Shown here in pieces: positions 27,777 through 36,306 of a stretch of DNA of 64,000 nt (positions are counted from its first letter, which is position 1; each line of letters starts with the position of its first letter). The notes under the pieces were generated by a model. That model was given only the letters and a program-made list of their open reading frames with translations. It did no database searches and was not told the DNA's origin. The stretch is taken from NCBI GenBank assembly GCA_944392315.1, contig CALXWH010000023.1, forward strand, positions 5,991-69,990, written 5' to 3'. Source of the DNA: an uncultured Alphaproteobacteria bacterium. GTDB taxonomy: Bacteria; Pseudomonadota; Alphaproteobacteria; RF32; CAG-239. The position numbers and the translations under genes are program-made.

Positions 27777-29096
27777 ATGGCTAAGGTGATACAAAAAGAA
27801 ATGAAAGTGCAACTGCCGCGGGTGTTTCGGGAGCTCTTGACGGTTAAAGCACGCTATAAGATGTTTTATGGCGGAAGAGCCGGCGGGAAATCTTATGCGT
27901 TTGCCGATGCGCTCTTGACGCTCGCGACCAGTCGGAAACTCTTAATCGCCTGTGTGCGTGAGGTGCAAAATTCTATTAAAGATTCTGTTTATAAGTTGAT
28001 TGCCGACAGAATTGCTTTTTATCAGCTCAACGAATACCGCCTCTATGAAGATAAAATCGTCAACCTCAAAAACAAATCCAAATTTATCTTTAAGGGGATT
28101 TTGGAACACAATGCGCAAAATATCAAATCGCTTGAAGGGGTGGATATTTGTTGGTGTGAAGAGGCGCAGAAAATCTCGGAACGCGCTTGGCAAATCTTGG
28201 ACCCGACCATTCGTAAGCCCAATGCGGAAATTTGGCTCTCACTTAACCGTGAAGAAGAAAACGACCCCGTTTGGAAGGCGCTCGCTCTGCATCCTGATAA
28301 TGACACGATTATTCGCAAGGTTAACTATTATGACAATCCGTATTGTCCCGACAACATGAAGCGATTGGCGCTTAAGATGAAAAATGAAAATTACGGCGAA
28401 TATCTGCATGTTTGGGAGGGAGAACCACGCTTGACGGCGGATAATCACTTAATCGGGCGCGAAGAAGTGTATCGGGCGCTTGAAAACGATATTAAAATCA
28501 ATGACGATACGGCGCCGCTCATTATTGGGGTTGATGTGGCGCGTTTTGGCGATGATAAAACCGCTATTTGCTATCGGCGTGGAAGACAAGTCTTAAAATT
28601 CAAAACGTTTCAAAAGCTTGACGTGGTGCAGGTGGCGCATCTTATCGGTGCTATTATTGCCGAGGATAAGCCGGCGCGGGTGTGTATTGATGTGGGCGGA
28701 CTTGGTGCCGGTGTGTATGACGTGTTGGCCGCAAACGGTTTGGCTGAATATGTTGTCGCGGTTAATTTTGGCGAGCGAGCTGACAACGCCGAGCGCTATG
28801 TCAACCGACGGGCGGAAATGTGGGCAAGAGTGGCTCAATGGCTGACGTCGCCTTTGCCGGTTTCTTTGCCCGAATTTTCCGGCTTGGTGGAAGATTTGAC
28901 GGCGCCGCTTAAGATGTTTGATGCGCTTGGGCGGTTGCAGTTGGAACCAAAAGCCGAGATTAAAAAAAGATTGGGGCGTTCTACAGATGTTGCTGATGCG
29001 TTGGCGCTCACGTTTGCTATTCAAAATGCGGAATATCTGTTAAAAATTCCTCATCCCTCAGGTGGGGATTTTGTGGATGATTCCGTTTATCTTTAA
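27777..29096 (+). CDS. Terminase large subunit (PBSX/Terminase_3-like)
   Basis: Walker A FYGGRAGGKSYAFADAL, Walker B/coupling ICWCEEAQ and a C-terminal RNase-H-like nuclease region (IIGVDVARFGDDKTA...DVADAL). Confidence 0.9.
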   Translation: MAKVIQKEMKVQLPRVFRELLTVKARYKMFYGGRAGGKSYAFADALLTLATSRKLLIACVREVQNSIKDSVYKLIADRIAFYQLNEYRLYEDKIVNLKNKSKFIFKGILEHNAQNIKSLEGVDICWCEEAQKISERAWQILDPTIRKPNAEIWLSLNREEENDPVWKALALHPDNDTIIRKVNYYDNPYCPDNMKRLALKMKNENYGEYLHVWEGEPRLTADNHLIGREEVYRALENDIKINDDTAPLIIGVDVARFGDDKTAICYRRGRQVLKFKTFQKLDVVQVAHLIGAIIAEDKPARVCIDVGGLGAGVYDVLAANGLAEYVVAVNFGERADNAERYVNRRAEMWARVAQWLTSPLPVSLPEFSGLVEDLTAPLKMFDALGRLQLEPKAEIKKRLGRSTDVADALALTFAIQNAEYLLKIPHPSGGDFVDDSVYL

Positions 29097-29121
29097 CTTA
29101 ATTTTATAAAGGAGTACATAG

Positions 29122-29316
29122 ATGAGTTCTGTTTTTTCTAAACCGAAAGTTGTTCAGGTGCAACCGCAAGAGGTGGAGTTGGAAGTTGTGGATAATTCTG
29201 CTGAAGTGCATGAATTGGAAAATAAGCGCAAAAAGAAAATGGGCGCCGTATCACAACTTTTATCTCACGATAATTCTTATGGTTCCGGCGGCGGTAAAAC
29301 AACGCTCGGTGCCTAA
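29122..29316 (+). CDS. Small hypothetical phage protein (64 aa)
   Basis: Strong SD (AAGGAG) 8 nt upstream of the ATG. Charged, with a Gly-rich C-terminus. No family recognised. Confidence 0.55.
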   Translation: MSSVFSKPKVVQVQPQEVELEVVDNSAEVHELENKRKKKMGAVSQLLSHDNSYGSGGGKTTLGA

Positions 29317-29401
29317 ATAAGCGCGATAAAAAACGTTGCATTTAAGTTTTATTTTGGTATAAAGTTTGTGTATTCTGGTTTTGTTTTATGGGAATAAATC
29401 T

Positions 29402-29722
29402 ATGGACGCAAATTTGAATAACTTATCTAAAGCCAAAAGGATGACGGCGGTTGACTATATGGTTTCAATCGTGCCGGCACTGTTGTTTGGGCTGTTTATT
29501 GATGACGGTGCGGATTTTTGGATGATTGGTGCTGTTGGGGTTTATGTGCTGTTTATCGCGATTGGCGGATGCGGGGGTTCGTTGACGACTGTTTATGCCA
29601 AATTAACCCAAAGCATGAAACTGCAAAAGCCTGTGGCGGAATATGCTCGTTTTGTCGGCGTGGGGGTGCTTTATTACCTCTTGTGGTGCGGGTTTATGGT
29701 TATGTTTAGTTTGTTGGTGTGA
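29402..29722 (+). CDS. Small membrane protein (3 TM segments)
   Basis: MDANLNNLSKAKRMTAVDYMVSIVPALLFGLFI... has three hydrophobic helices. Holin-like size and topology, but no endolysin partner is visible. Confidence 0.55.
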   Translation: MDANLNNLSKAKRMTAVDYMVSIVPALLFGLFIDDGADFWMIGAVGVYVLFIAIGGCGGSLTTVYAKLTQSMKLQKPVAEYARFVGVGVLYYLLWCGFMVMFSLLV

Positions 29723-29733
29723 CGAGGCGGAAG

Positions 29734-30036
29734 ATGATGAAGTTCAAAATGTATTGGAAAGCAATCTTATGTTTTCTCATAGGGGCGGCGGTGTTGCCGA
29801 TGTGGACGGAGTGGGCGCTTGCCTCAAATCTCGGTCTTAACATATCCTCGCAAAAAGCGTTGTTGATTGGGTTGTTTACTATCGCTTTTATTGTGGCGTT
29901 TTCTTTGCATAAACCGCTCTATGTGCGTTTGGTTAATGAGGATAAACGACATTTTATTAAATCTGCGCTGATGTTTATTTGGCTTTATATGGCCTGGTGC
30001 GGCGTGATGCTTATCGGTAAAGTGTTGGTGGGCTAG
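29734..30036 (+). CDS. Small membrane protein (3 TM segments)
   Basis: ATG 29734 has GAGG 6 nt upstream. MMKFKMYWKAILCFLIGAAVLPMW... has three hydrophobic helices. Confidence 0.55.
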   Translation: MMKFKMYWKAILCFLIGAAVLPMWTEWALASNLGLNISSQKALLIGLFTIAFIVAFSLHKPLYVRLVNEDKRHFIKSALMFIWLYMAWCGVMLIGKVLVG

Positions 30037-30060
30037 TTTTTAATTTTTCTTTTTAATGAG

Positions 30061-30088
30061 CCGGTTTGCTTCTCAAGCCGGTTTTTTT
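30061..30088 (+). terminator. Intrinsic terminator between the membrane-protein genes and the portal gene
   Basis: Stem CCGGUUU/AAGCCGG (one G-U pair), a 7-nt loop, then TTTTTTT. Confidence 0.55.
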
Positions 30089-30142
30089 GTGGCTGAAACG
30101 TGGAACTTCCTTTTCCGCGTTTCTTTATTTTGGGAGGTTCGT

Positions 30143-31846
30143 ATGGAACATTTGGATAATCGTTCTTCGGAATTTCAGCCGGAGAATATTTTTGCTAAAG
30201 ATGGGCAATCTTTTGCACCGCGGTTGGTGCGCAAAAAACCGGCATTTAACGCGGAAAATATTTTGAAGCGCTTGGAGGCGATGAAAACCGAAAGAGCTAA
30301 GTGGGAGCCGATGTGGGATAAGGCGGCGGAAATGTGTTCGGTTGAATCGGAACTCTTTACGACCGATAACCGCGGGAGAGTGAGGCAAAATGTGTTTGAT
30401 ACCACGGGGCGAAACGCTTTGGCTTGCTTTTGCTCCAGCATGAAATCGGTGATTGTGCCGACAACATCGCAATGGCACAGGCTTAAACCGGTGGATCCGC
30501 ATTTGGACGACAATGCCAAGGTTAAAAAGTTTTTGGATAAGGCGACGGATTTGCTCTTTCGGGTGCGTTATTCGGCGTATTCCAATTTTGCGTCCGAAAG
30601 CGATTTGTTGTTTAATCAACTGGGAATTTATGGGCATGCGTTGTGGATGGTGGAGGATAATGTCGGGCAGGGGATTGTTTATCGCACTATTCCGGTTAAA
30701 GAGGCTTATATCAAACGTGATGACAGCGGAAAAATTGCCGCGGTTTTTCGTGAGTATGAATTAACGGCAGGCGAAGCGGTCAAAAAATTCGGCGATGCTT
30801 TGCGGGGGGATATTTTGCAAGCGGCGGAAAACACGCCCGAGCGGATGTTTAAGTTTTTGCATGCTGTTTTTGAGCGCGATGACTATGCGCTTGATGCGGT
30901 TGACTTTAACGGGATGAAATATGCGAGTGTGCACATAGACATGGCGGCTAAACGCATTATTCATGTCGGCGGGTATCGCACTTGTCCGTATATGGCGCCG
31001 AGGTTTTTGGGGATTGCCGGAAGTTCTTACGGCGACAGTCCGGCGCTGCAGGCGTTTTATGATTTATTAACCGCCAATGAAATGGGCAAGACTATTCTGC
31101 GTACCGGTCAGCTTCAGGCTAATCCGCCCATCCTTACTAATATGGGGTTGATTGATACCAATAAGCTCGGTTCGGCGGGGGCGGTTATTCGGGGTGGTTT
31201 GGATAATCAGGGCAAGCCTGCGGCGGTTTCTATGCAATATGGCAACAATCTCTCAATTACGGTTGAAATGCAGCGCGAGGTGCGGGCGGCGATTGAAAGA
31301 GCGTTTCTGGTGCCTTTGTTCCAATCACTCACCCAAACAAAGCAGATGACCGCTACCGAAGTGGAAAAACGCGAGATGGAAAAATCTATGTTGTTGGCGC
31401 CGATGTGTGAACGTATTTCCGCAGAATGGCTTGCCGGCAATATTGAGCGCGAGTTGGATATTTTGGCTTCTTACGGCGTGTTAGACGACGTTCCGGATGA
31501 ATTGATGTATGAAGGTTCCATTGCTATTCAATTTGAGGGACCGGCCGTGCATATGCAGCAATCGGGTGCGATTGTCGGGCTTTATAAAACGATTGAGGCG
31601 GCGACGTCTTTGGCACAGGCTAACCCGAATATCTTAAATGTGTTTGATACCGAAGCGGCGCTCCGCAAAATTGCCGATTATTACGGTGTTGGTCCGGATG
31701 TGGTGCGTACCGCTGATGAAGTTGAGGAACTCTTAATGCAACAGCAGGCTCAACAACAAGCACTTCTGCAACAGCAACAAAGCGGTGCGCAAGCAGGAGC
31801 ACCAAATGCTTCTCTTGCGACTTTGCTCAACAAAACTTCGGCATAA
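30143..31846 (+). CDS. Portal (head-to-tail connector) protein, podovirus type
   Basis: ATG 30143 has GGGAGG upstream. It is 567 aa, sits after the terminase and has an acidic/Q-rich C-terminus, consistent with T7/BPP-1-class connector proteins. The family call rests on size, position and general sequence character. Confidence 0.75.
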   Translation: MEHLDNRSSEFQPENIFAKDGQSFAPRLVRKKPAFNAENILKRLEAMKTERAKWEPMWDKAAEMCSVESELFTTDNRGRVRQNVFDTTGRNALACFCSSMKSVIVPTTSQWHRLKPVDPHLDDNAKVKKFLDKATDLLFRVRYSAYSNFASESDLLFNQLGIYGHALWMVEDNVGQGIVYRTIPVKEAYIKRDDSGKIAAVFREYELTAGEAVKKFGDALRGDILQAAENTPERMFKFLHAVFERDDYALDAVDFNGMKYASVHIDMAAKRIIHVGGYRTCPYMAPRFLGIAGSSYGDSPALQAFYDLLTANEMGKTILRTGQLQANPPILTNMGLIDTNKLGSAGAVIRGGLDNQGKPAAVSMQYGNNLSITVEMQREVRAAIERAFLVPLFQSLTQTKQMTATEVEKREMEKSMLLAPMCERISAEWLAGNIERELDILASYGVLDDVPDELMYEGSIAIQFEGPAVHMQQSGAIVGLYKTIEAATSLAQANPNILNVFDTEAALRKIADYYGVGPDVVRTADEVEELLMQQQAQQQALLQQQQSGAQAGAPNASLATLLNKTSA

Positions 31847-31858
31847 AGGAGAAAAGTG

Positions 31859-32197
31859 ATGTTTTTTAAGAAAATTAAGCGTGAACATGAACTGGTGAAA
31901 GCGTTTCATAAACTCTTTTTAACGCCTAACGGTAAACTCAAGCCCGAAGCGGAAATCGTGATTGAATTTTTGCGTGACGAAGCGGGGGCGCGCGGTGAGC
32001 TCGGCGCCGGCGGGGTGCCTTATTTTTATGATGCGCAAAATCGGTTTGATCCGAACGCGGCGGCTTTCCTTTTAGGCAAAAGGCGAATGTTTGATTTGCT
32101 GGTCAAATATCTGGCGCTTTCTGAAACGGAAGTGTTTGCTTTGTTCACCAAATTGCAACGCGACGGTGATGACGTGAAACGCGACTTGGATGTTTAA
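31859..32197 (+). CDS. Bbp19-like phage protein
   Basis: EIVIEFLRDEAG...FDPNAAAFLLGKRRMFDLLVKYLALSETEV fits the pattern (vl.dL......f.pdp...a...GrR.v.l.I...l) of the small conserved protein that follows the portal gene in BPP-1-like podoviruses and many alphaproteobacterial prophages. Confidence 0.55.
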   Translation: MFFKKIKREHELVKAFHKLFLTPNGKLKPEAEIVIEFLRDEAGARGELGAGGVPYFYDAQNRFDPNAAAFLLGKRRMFDLLVKYLALSETEVFALFTKLQRDGDDVKRDLDV

Positions 32198-32235
32198 GGT
32201 AAAAAAAAATATTTTCAAAAACGTTTCCAAACCTA

Positions 32236-32264
32236 TTGACATCCTGTCGGGGGTCGGTTATGAT
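32236..32264 (+). promoter_or_regulatory. Sigma70-type promoter P2 inside the virion cluster, upstream of scaffold and capsid genes
   Basis: TTGACA (32236-32241), 17-nt spacer TCCTGTCGGGGGTCGGT, TATGAT (32259-32264). A second -10-like hexamer CATAAT lies at 32270-32275 in the initial transcribed region. Confidence 0.6.
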
Positions 32265-32293
32265 GACTGCATAATGGAAATAGTGTTTGTTTG

Positions 32294-32319
32294 GGGACGT
32301 GGTTGACGTCCTTTTTTTT
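32294..32319 (+). terminator. Intrinsic terminator ~30-50 nt downstream of P2
   Basis: Stem GGACGT/ACGTCC (32295-32300 with 32306-32311), a 5-nt loop, then 8 T. Confidence 0.7.
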
Positions 32320-32356
32320 GTGGGCGTTTTTGCGCTCCGTATCTGACGATTTTTTT

Positions 32357-32388
32357 AGGCAGTGCTCGTTTTTGAGGCTGCCTTTTTT
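32357..32388 (+). terminator. Second intrinsic terminator in the P2 leader
   Basis: Stem AGGCAG/CTGCCT with an inner CTC/GAG extension, then TTTTTT (32383-32388). It ends 27 nt before the scaffold start codon. Confidence 0.6.
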
Positions 32389-32414
32389 GATGCTAACTTT
32401 TTTGTGGGGATTTT

Positions 32415-33140
32415 ATGATGATGAATTCTAAAAAGCCGGAGGGGCAGACTACCTCCGATAACTTCTTAAAGTCTGAATTTGATAAAGACTTTTTGCGTGC
32501 ACAATCCGGTTGGGGAGAAATGTCCGCGGAGGATTTGGACTATATTGACAAGAAGGGTTTTAAAACTCCTGCCGATTTGCTCAAATCTTATCGCGAACTG
32601 GAAAGAGCTTTCTCTTCTAAAGTTTCTTTACCGAAGGACGGCGATAAAAAAGCTTTGGACAAACTTTATTCCCGTTTGGGAATGCCGCAAGACTGCGCTT
32701 GTTTTGACGTTGTTTTTGCCGACGAAGATAAAGAAGACGGCGAGGCGTTTAAACAGGTTTGTCTTGAAAATCATATTTTGCCGCAATCAGCTCAGGCTAT
32801 CTATGATTGGTATGTGAAACATCGTGATGAACTGAACGAAAAAAACGAAACCTCTTGGGCGGAAAATTCTTTGCGCGAAATGGAAGAAATGAAACGCGTT
32901 TGGGGGGCTCGTGCGCAACGTAATTGGGAATTGATGAAACGCGGTGTCAGAATGTTTTGCGATGATGAAAAAATGATTGATGAAATTGAAAAGGCAATCG
33001 GTACCAAACGTATGATGGAGGTCTTTTGTCGTTTGGGTGAGGCGATTTCGGAAGATAATCCGATTAGCTTCGGCAGACGTCCAAAAGGCGATGATTGGGA
33101 TGCGGTTGAATATTTCAGAGAAATGTTTAATGATTACTAA
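32415..33140 (+). CDS. Scaffolding protein (by position and composition)
   Basis: 241 aa, highly charged and helical, immediately upstream of the major capsid gene as in T7-like and BPP-1-like modules. Confidence 0.5.
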   Translation: MMMNSKKPEGQTTSDNFLKSEFDKDFLRAQSGWGEMSAEDLDYIDKKGFKTPADLLKSYRELERAFSSKVSLPKDGDKKALDKLYSRLGMPQDCACFDVVFADEDKEDGEAFKQVCLENHILPQSAQAIYDWYVKHRDELNEKNETSWAENSLREMEEMKRVWGARAQRNWELMKRGVRMFCDDEKMIDEIEKAIGTKRMMEVFCRLGEAISEDNPISFGRRPKGDDWDAVEYFREMFNDY

Positions 33141-33167
33141 TTTTTGTTTGTTGAAAGGATTTTTTAA

Positions 33168-34067
33168 ATGTCTGGTACATTAAAAGAAATTGCGGTTGCT
33201 TTGTCTAAAAAGCAAGAGCATTATGTTGATTTTTTAACTAATGATTCTCCGATTTTGGATAATATGCGTTTTGAGGCTTCTTCTCACGGACTTTGGAACG
33301 CTTATGAAGAAGTGGCAAAAATTTCCGGCGCGGGCTTTATTGATATTAACCAACCGCTGCCTGAAATGGAAGTTGATTCTAATTTGAAAAAAATTGACTT
33401 GTCTATCTTGGGCGGGGAAATCTTCGTGCCGGAAGATAAGGCTGCCGTTATCGGTGTTTCGGAATATTTTGCTAAGAAAGTTCCTATCCTTTTGAAGCAT
33501 GCCGGTGAAACTGCCGAAAAGAAAATTATTTATGATAACTTTATTCCGTATGCGGTTGAAAACGGTAAAGCTGTTTCTGCGGGAGCGGATGATAAATGCT
33601 ACTCTATGGTTGCGGTTCGTTTTATTCCGGGTGAAGTGACTGGACTTTATTCCGCTAAAAATATCAATCGTTTCGGCCTTTTGGATTCAACGCCGATTAA
33701 CGGTGGTCAACTCTATAAAAACGCTAACGGTTTACTTGGCTATGGCGTGCGCATTAAAGGCTATATCGGTATGCAGCTTGCAAACCCTGATGCGGTTTCG
33801 GCAATTGTTAATATTTCTGCCGATAATATTCCGACAGCAGAACAAATTGACAATATGTTGGTGGATGCAAAGGCAACTCCGGGATCTACTTATATCTTTT
33901 GCCATCCGAAAGTACTTTCTATGCTTAATAAGTACAAAGGCAATGTGTTGCAAACCATGACCGGCGATATGGATGTTAACCGTAGTTTTGCTGCTTGGAA
34001 CGGTATTCGCTTTATCACTTCTTACAACTTTGAAAACGGTTCTGAAAAGGCTGTTGAATTGGCGTAA
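33168..34067 (+). CDS. Major capsid protein (HK97-fold class)
   Basis: 299 aa in the position after the scaffold gene. The C-terminal AAWNGIRFITSYNFENGSEKAVEL is typical of podovirus capsid proteins. Confidence 0.7.
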   Translation: MSGTLKEIAVALSKKQEHYVDFLTNDSPILDNMRFEASSHGLWNAYEEVAKISGAGFIDINQPLPEMEVDSNLKKIDLSILGGEIFVPEDKAAVIGVSEYFAKKVPILLKHAGETAEKKIIYDNFIPYAVENGKAVSAGADDKCYSMVAVRFIPGEVTGLYSAKNINRFGLLDSTPINGGQLYKNANGLLGYGVRIKGYIGMQLANPDAVSAIVNISADNIPTAEQIDNMLVDAKATPGSTYIFCHPKVLSMLNKYKGNVLQTMTGDMDVNRSFAAWNGIRFITSYNFENGSEKAVELA

Positions 34068-34091
34068 CCTCTTTTTTGGGAGATTTTTTTG

Positions 34092-34466
34092 ATGTTAAAT
34101 AATATTTTGAAAGTTTATGACGAGGATTTGGCGAAAGGGGCGCTTAACCAGGCCTCTATTGCCGAGGGAAATGTGGTGGCTGCAGGTTCTACACAAGGGG
34201 CTTTGTGTGTTAATGCGTTTGCGGTTGGTGATGTTGCCGTTAACGGAACGATTACCATCACGGTTAAGCATGGGGATACTGAAACGGGCGCTTTTGCCGA
34301 ATTGCTCACCATGTCTATTGAAGCGACAAAATCTTTTGTTGACGGGGAATTGATGGCAACGGCTACTTTGCCTGCCGATGTTAAAGATTTTGTGACGGCG
34401 GCAATTGCTTCAAGCACTTCTAATTCAGGCAATATTCGCGTGACCTTAGGTTATTTGGCACGCTAA
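34092..34466 (+). CDS. Small beta-rich head protein (decoration/cement-like)
   Basis: 124 aa, G/A/V/T-rich, directly after the capsid gene, with GGGAGA as SD. BPP-1-type capsids carry a small cement protein encoded at this position. Confidence 0.45.
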   Translation: MLNNILKVYDEDLAKGALNQASIAEGNVVAAGSTQGALCVNAFAVGDVAVNGTITITVKHGDTETGAFAELLTMSIEATKSFVDGELMATATLPADVKDFVTAAIASSTSNSGNIRVTLGYLAR

Positions 34467-34578
34467 TTTTTGCAAGGCATCCGCATATTATTTTGTCTCA
34501 AATTATTAAGAAAAAGTCTATAGTCCGGAGGGCGGGCAGTTGCTCGTCCTCTTTATTTTATGCTTTCTTGGAGGTTAT

Positions 34579-35175
34579 ATGTCTAAAGTTGAAATTATTA
34601 ACCGCGCGCTGCTCAAACTGGGCGAACCGCCGGTTTCGTCGCTTAACGATGCTGCTTTCGGCAAATCGTATGAGCTGATTTATGAAGATGTGAAAAATCT
34701 GTTGTTGTCGTCTTATCCTTGGCGATTTGCCGTTGCAACCAAGCGTTTGGCCAGAAGAGAAGAAAAATATGGCGATAAGTTTATGTATCAACTGCCGAAC
34801 GATTGTTTGCTTTTGCTTCAGGTATTTGGTGCGGGGATTAAAGATTTGACCGAGCCAAGGCCTTATGCGCTGCAAGGGTATGAGTTGGCCGATAATTGTA
34901 TTATCACGTTGCTTGATAAGGGAATTGATGTTGAATATGTGCGGGTTATTGATGACGATGTGCCGTTTCCGCCGCTCTTTCGGGAAGCAGTGGCTGCAAA
35001 AGTTGCTGCCGAACTTGCGATGCGCATTAAACATTCGCTTAACTTAAAGCAGGCGCTTGATAATGAATTTTTAACTCTTATTCAGCAGGCCGAACTGAAT
35101 AATGAAATTGCCAAAGATGCAGAATTGGTGCCGGATAACAGTTGGGTTTTGGTTCGGCAAGTGTGGGGTTGTTAG
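34579..35175 (+). CDS. Head-tail adaptor / tail tubular protein A (T7 gp11 class)
   Basis: ATG 34579 has GGAGG upstream. MSKVEIINRALLKLGEPPVSSLNDAAFGKSYELIYEDVKNLLLSSYPWRFA matches the characteristic N-terminal pattern of the gp11-like family (IN.AL..LG...i.SL.d.s..a.....Y...rd.lL..hPW.FA). Its 198 aa compare with 196 aa in T7 gp11. Confidence 0.7.
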   Translation: MSKVEIINRALLKLGEPPVSSLNDAAFGKSYELIYEDVKNLLLSSYPWRFAVATKRLARREEKYGDKFMYQLPNDCLLLLQVFGAGIKDLTEPRPYALQGYELADNCIITLLDKGIDVEYVRVIDDDVPFPPLFREAVAAKVAAELAMRIKHSLNLKQALDNEFLTLIQQAELNNEIAKDAELVPDNSWVLVRQVWGC

Positions 35176-35238
35176 TTGTTGATGTTTTGAGATGCGTATC
35201 CGTTTTTCGGGCGCTGTTTATTTGGGAGATTTGCAAAA

Positions 35239-36306
35239 ATGAGTATTAAACCGACAAGAATGCAGTTTAATGGCGGCGAACTTAGTCCGTGGCTGCAAGG
35301 ACGAACGGATATTGCTAAATATGATAAAACGGCGAAACTTTGCCGGAATTTTATTCCTTTGGTGGAGGGGAGCTTAAAACGCCGTGGCGGAACGCATTTT
35401 GTGGCGCAAACGCCGGTTGAGGAGGATATTTTATTTCAAATTTTGCCTACACCATCGGAGGCGAAAGTTTTGATTAACGGAGTGGAGAGATCTTCTATTC
35501 GTGTTGCCAGAGGGGATAAACTTTATTATGAGGTCAGTTATGACGGATATTCGGAAAGTAGCGGAAATTATGTGGTTTTAGAAGATACTTCCCTTGAGGT
35601 GGCGCTCGTTTCCAAATCCGAATTATTGACGTTTACGGTGGAGGCTGAACCTCTTGATGCTACGATTGTGCTGAATGGTTATAAACGTCAATCTGTGAGA
35701 GTTTTGAAAAATTCTACGGTTGAATATCAGGTGTATAAAGACGGATATATTTTACAAAGCGGGTCGGTTTTGGTGACGGATAATAAAACTTTAAGTATTG
35801 TTCTTGAGCCTGATGAACTGGCGCAGATTGATTATGGTGATTGGGGAAATTTGGAAAAGTTTGTCGGGTGTGCGGTCTTTTTATCCAGTGATTATTTCTA
35901 TAAAAGTTGGGTGATTAAATTTTCTAACGGATATTTGGGTGTTGTTTTTAACTATGGCGATACGGCGCCTGATGCAAACTATGTTGTCAGCGACGAGATG
36001 TTTTTTAAAACAAACTATGACTTGTATAACGCCATAATTAAAGTTGGTGGCGTGTATTACACACCTTGTGTTGCCGTTAGAGGAGCGGTGGATGATATCA
36101 TCGTTATATGGTATTATGATGAGGATGGCTCGTGCATCGGCGGAATTGATTATTTTACGGCTAACTTGAGCTATTGGCCAAAAGATGAGGACGGAAAGTA
36201 TATTATGGAAGATAACGATTATGTCGGGGTCGTTTCCGGTAATGTTTTGAAGGTTTATTATAAGGGGCGTTTGGTTTGGGAGTTGAAAGGAAAAAGTCAT
36301 GTCTAA
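35239..36306 (+). CDS. Chimeric tail protein: nozzle-type N-terminal segment, two PEGA-like beta-sandwich domains and an aromatic-rich beta domain
   Basis: Residues 1-57 (MQFNGGELSPWLQGRTDIAKYDKTAKLCRNFIPLVEGSLKRRGGTHFV) look like the normal N-terminus of podovirus nozzle/tail-tubular-B proteins. Then come PSEAKVLINGVERS... and PLDATIVLNGYKRQS... (PEGA-like) and a Y/W/G/D-rich C-terminal domain. Confidence 0.6.
   Translation: MSIKPTRMQFNGGELSPWLQGRTDIAKYDKTAKLCRNFIPLVEGSLKRRGGTHFVAQTPVEEDILFQILPTPSEAKVLINGVERSSIRVARGDKLYYEVSYDGYSESSGNYVVLEDTSLEVALVSKSELLTFTVEAEPLDATIVLNGYKRQSVRVLKNSTVEYQVYKDGYILQSGSVLVTDNKTLSIVLEPDELAQIDYGDWGNLEKFVGCAVFLSSDYFYKSWVIKFSNGYLGVVFNYGDTAPDANYVVSDEMFFKTNYDLYNAIIKVGGVYYTPCVAVRGAVDDIIVIWYYDEDGSCIGGIDYFTANLSYWPKDEDGKYIMEDNDYVGVVSGNVLKVYYKGRLVWELKGKSHV

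Noticed and set aside
27231-27812. 193-aa minus-strand ORF across the TerS region
   Set aside because: It is antisense to the TerS-like ORF, which has a recognisable family pattern and correct operon context. Its composition is H/F/I/R-rich.
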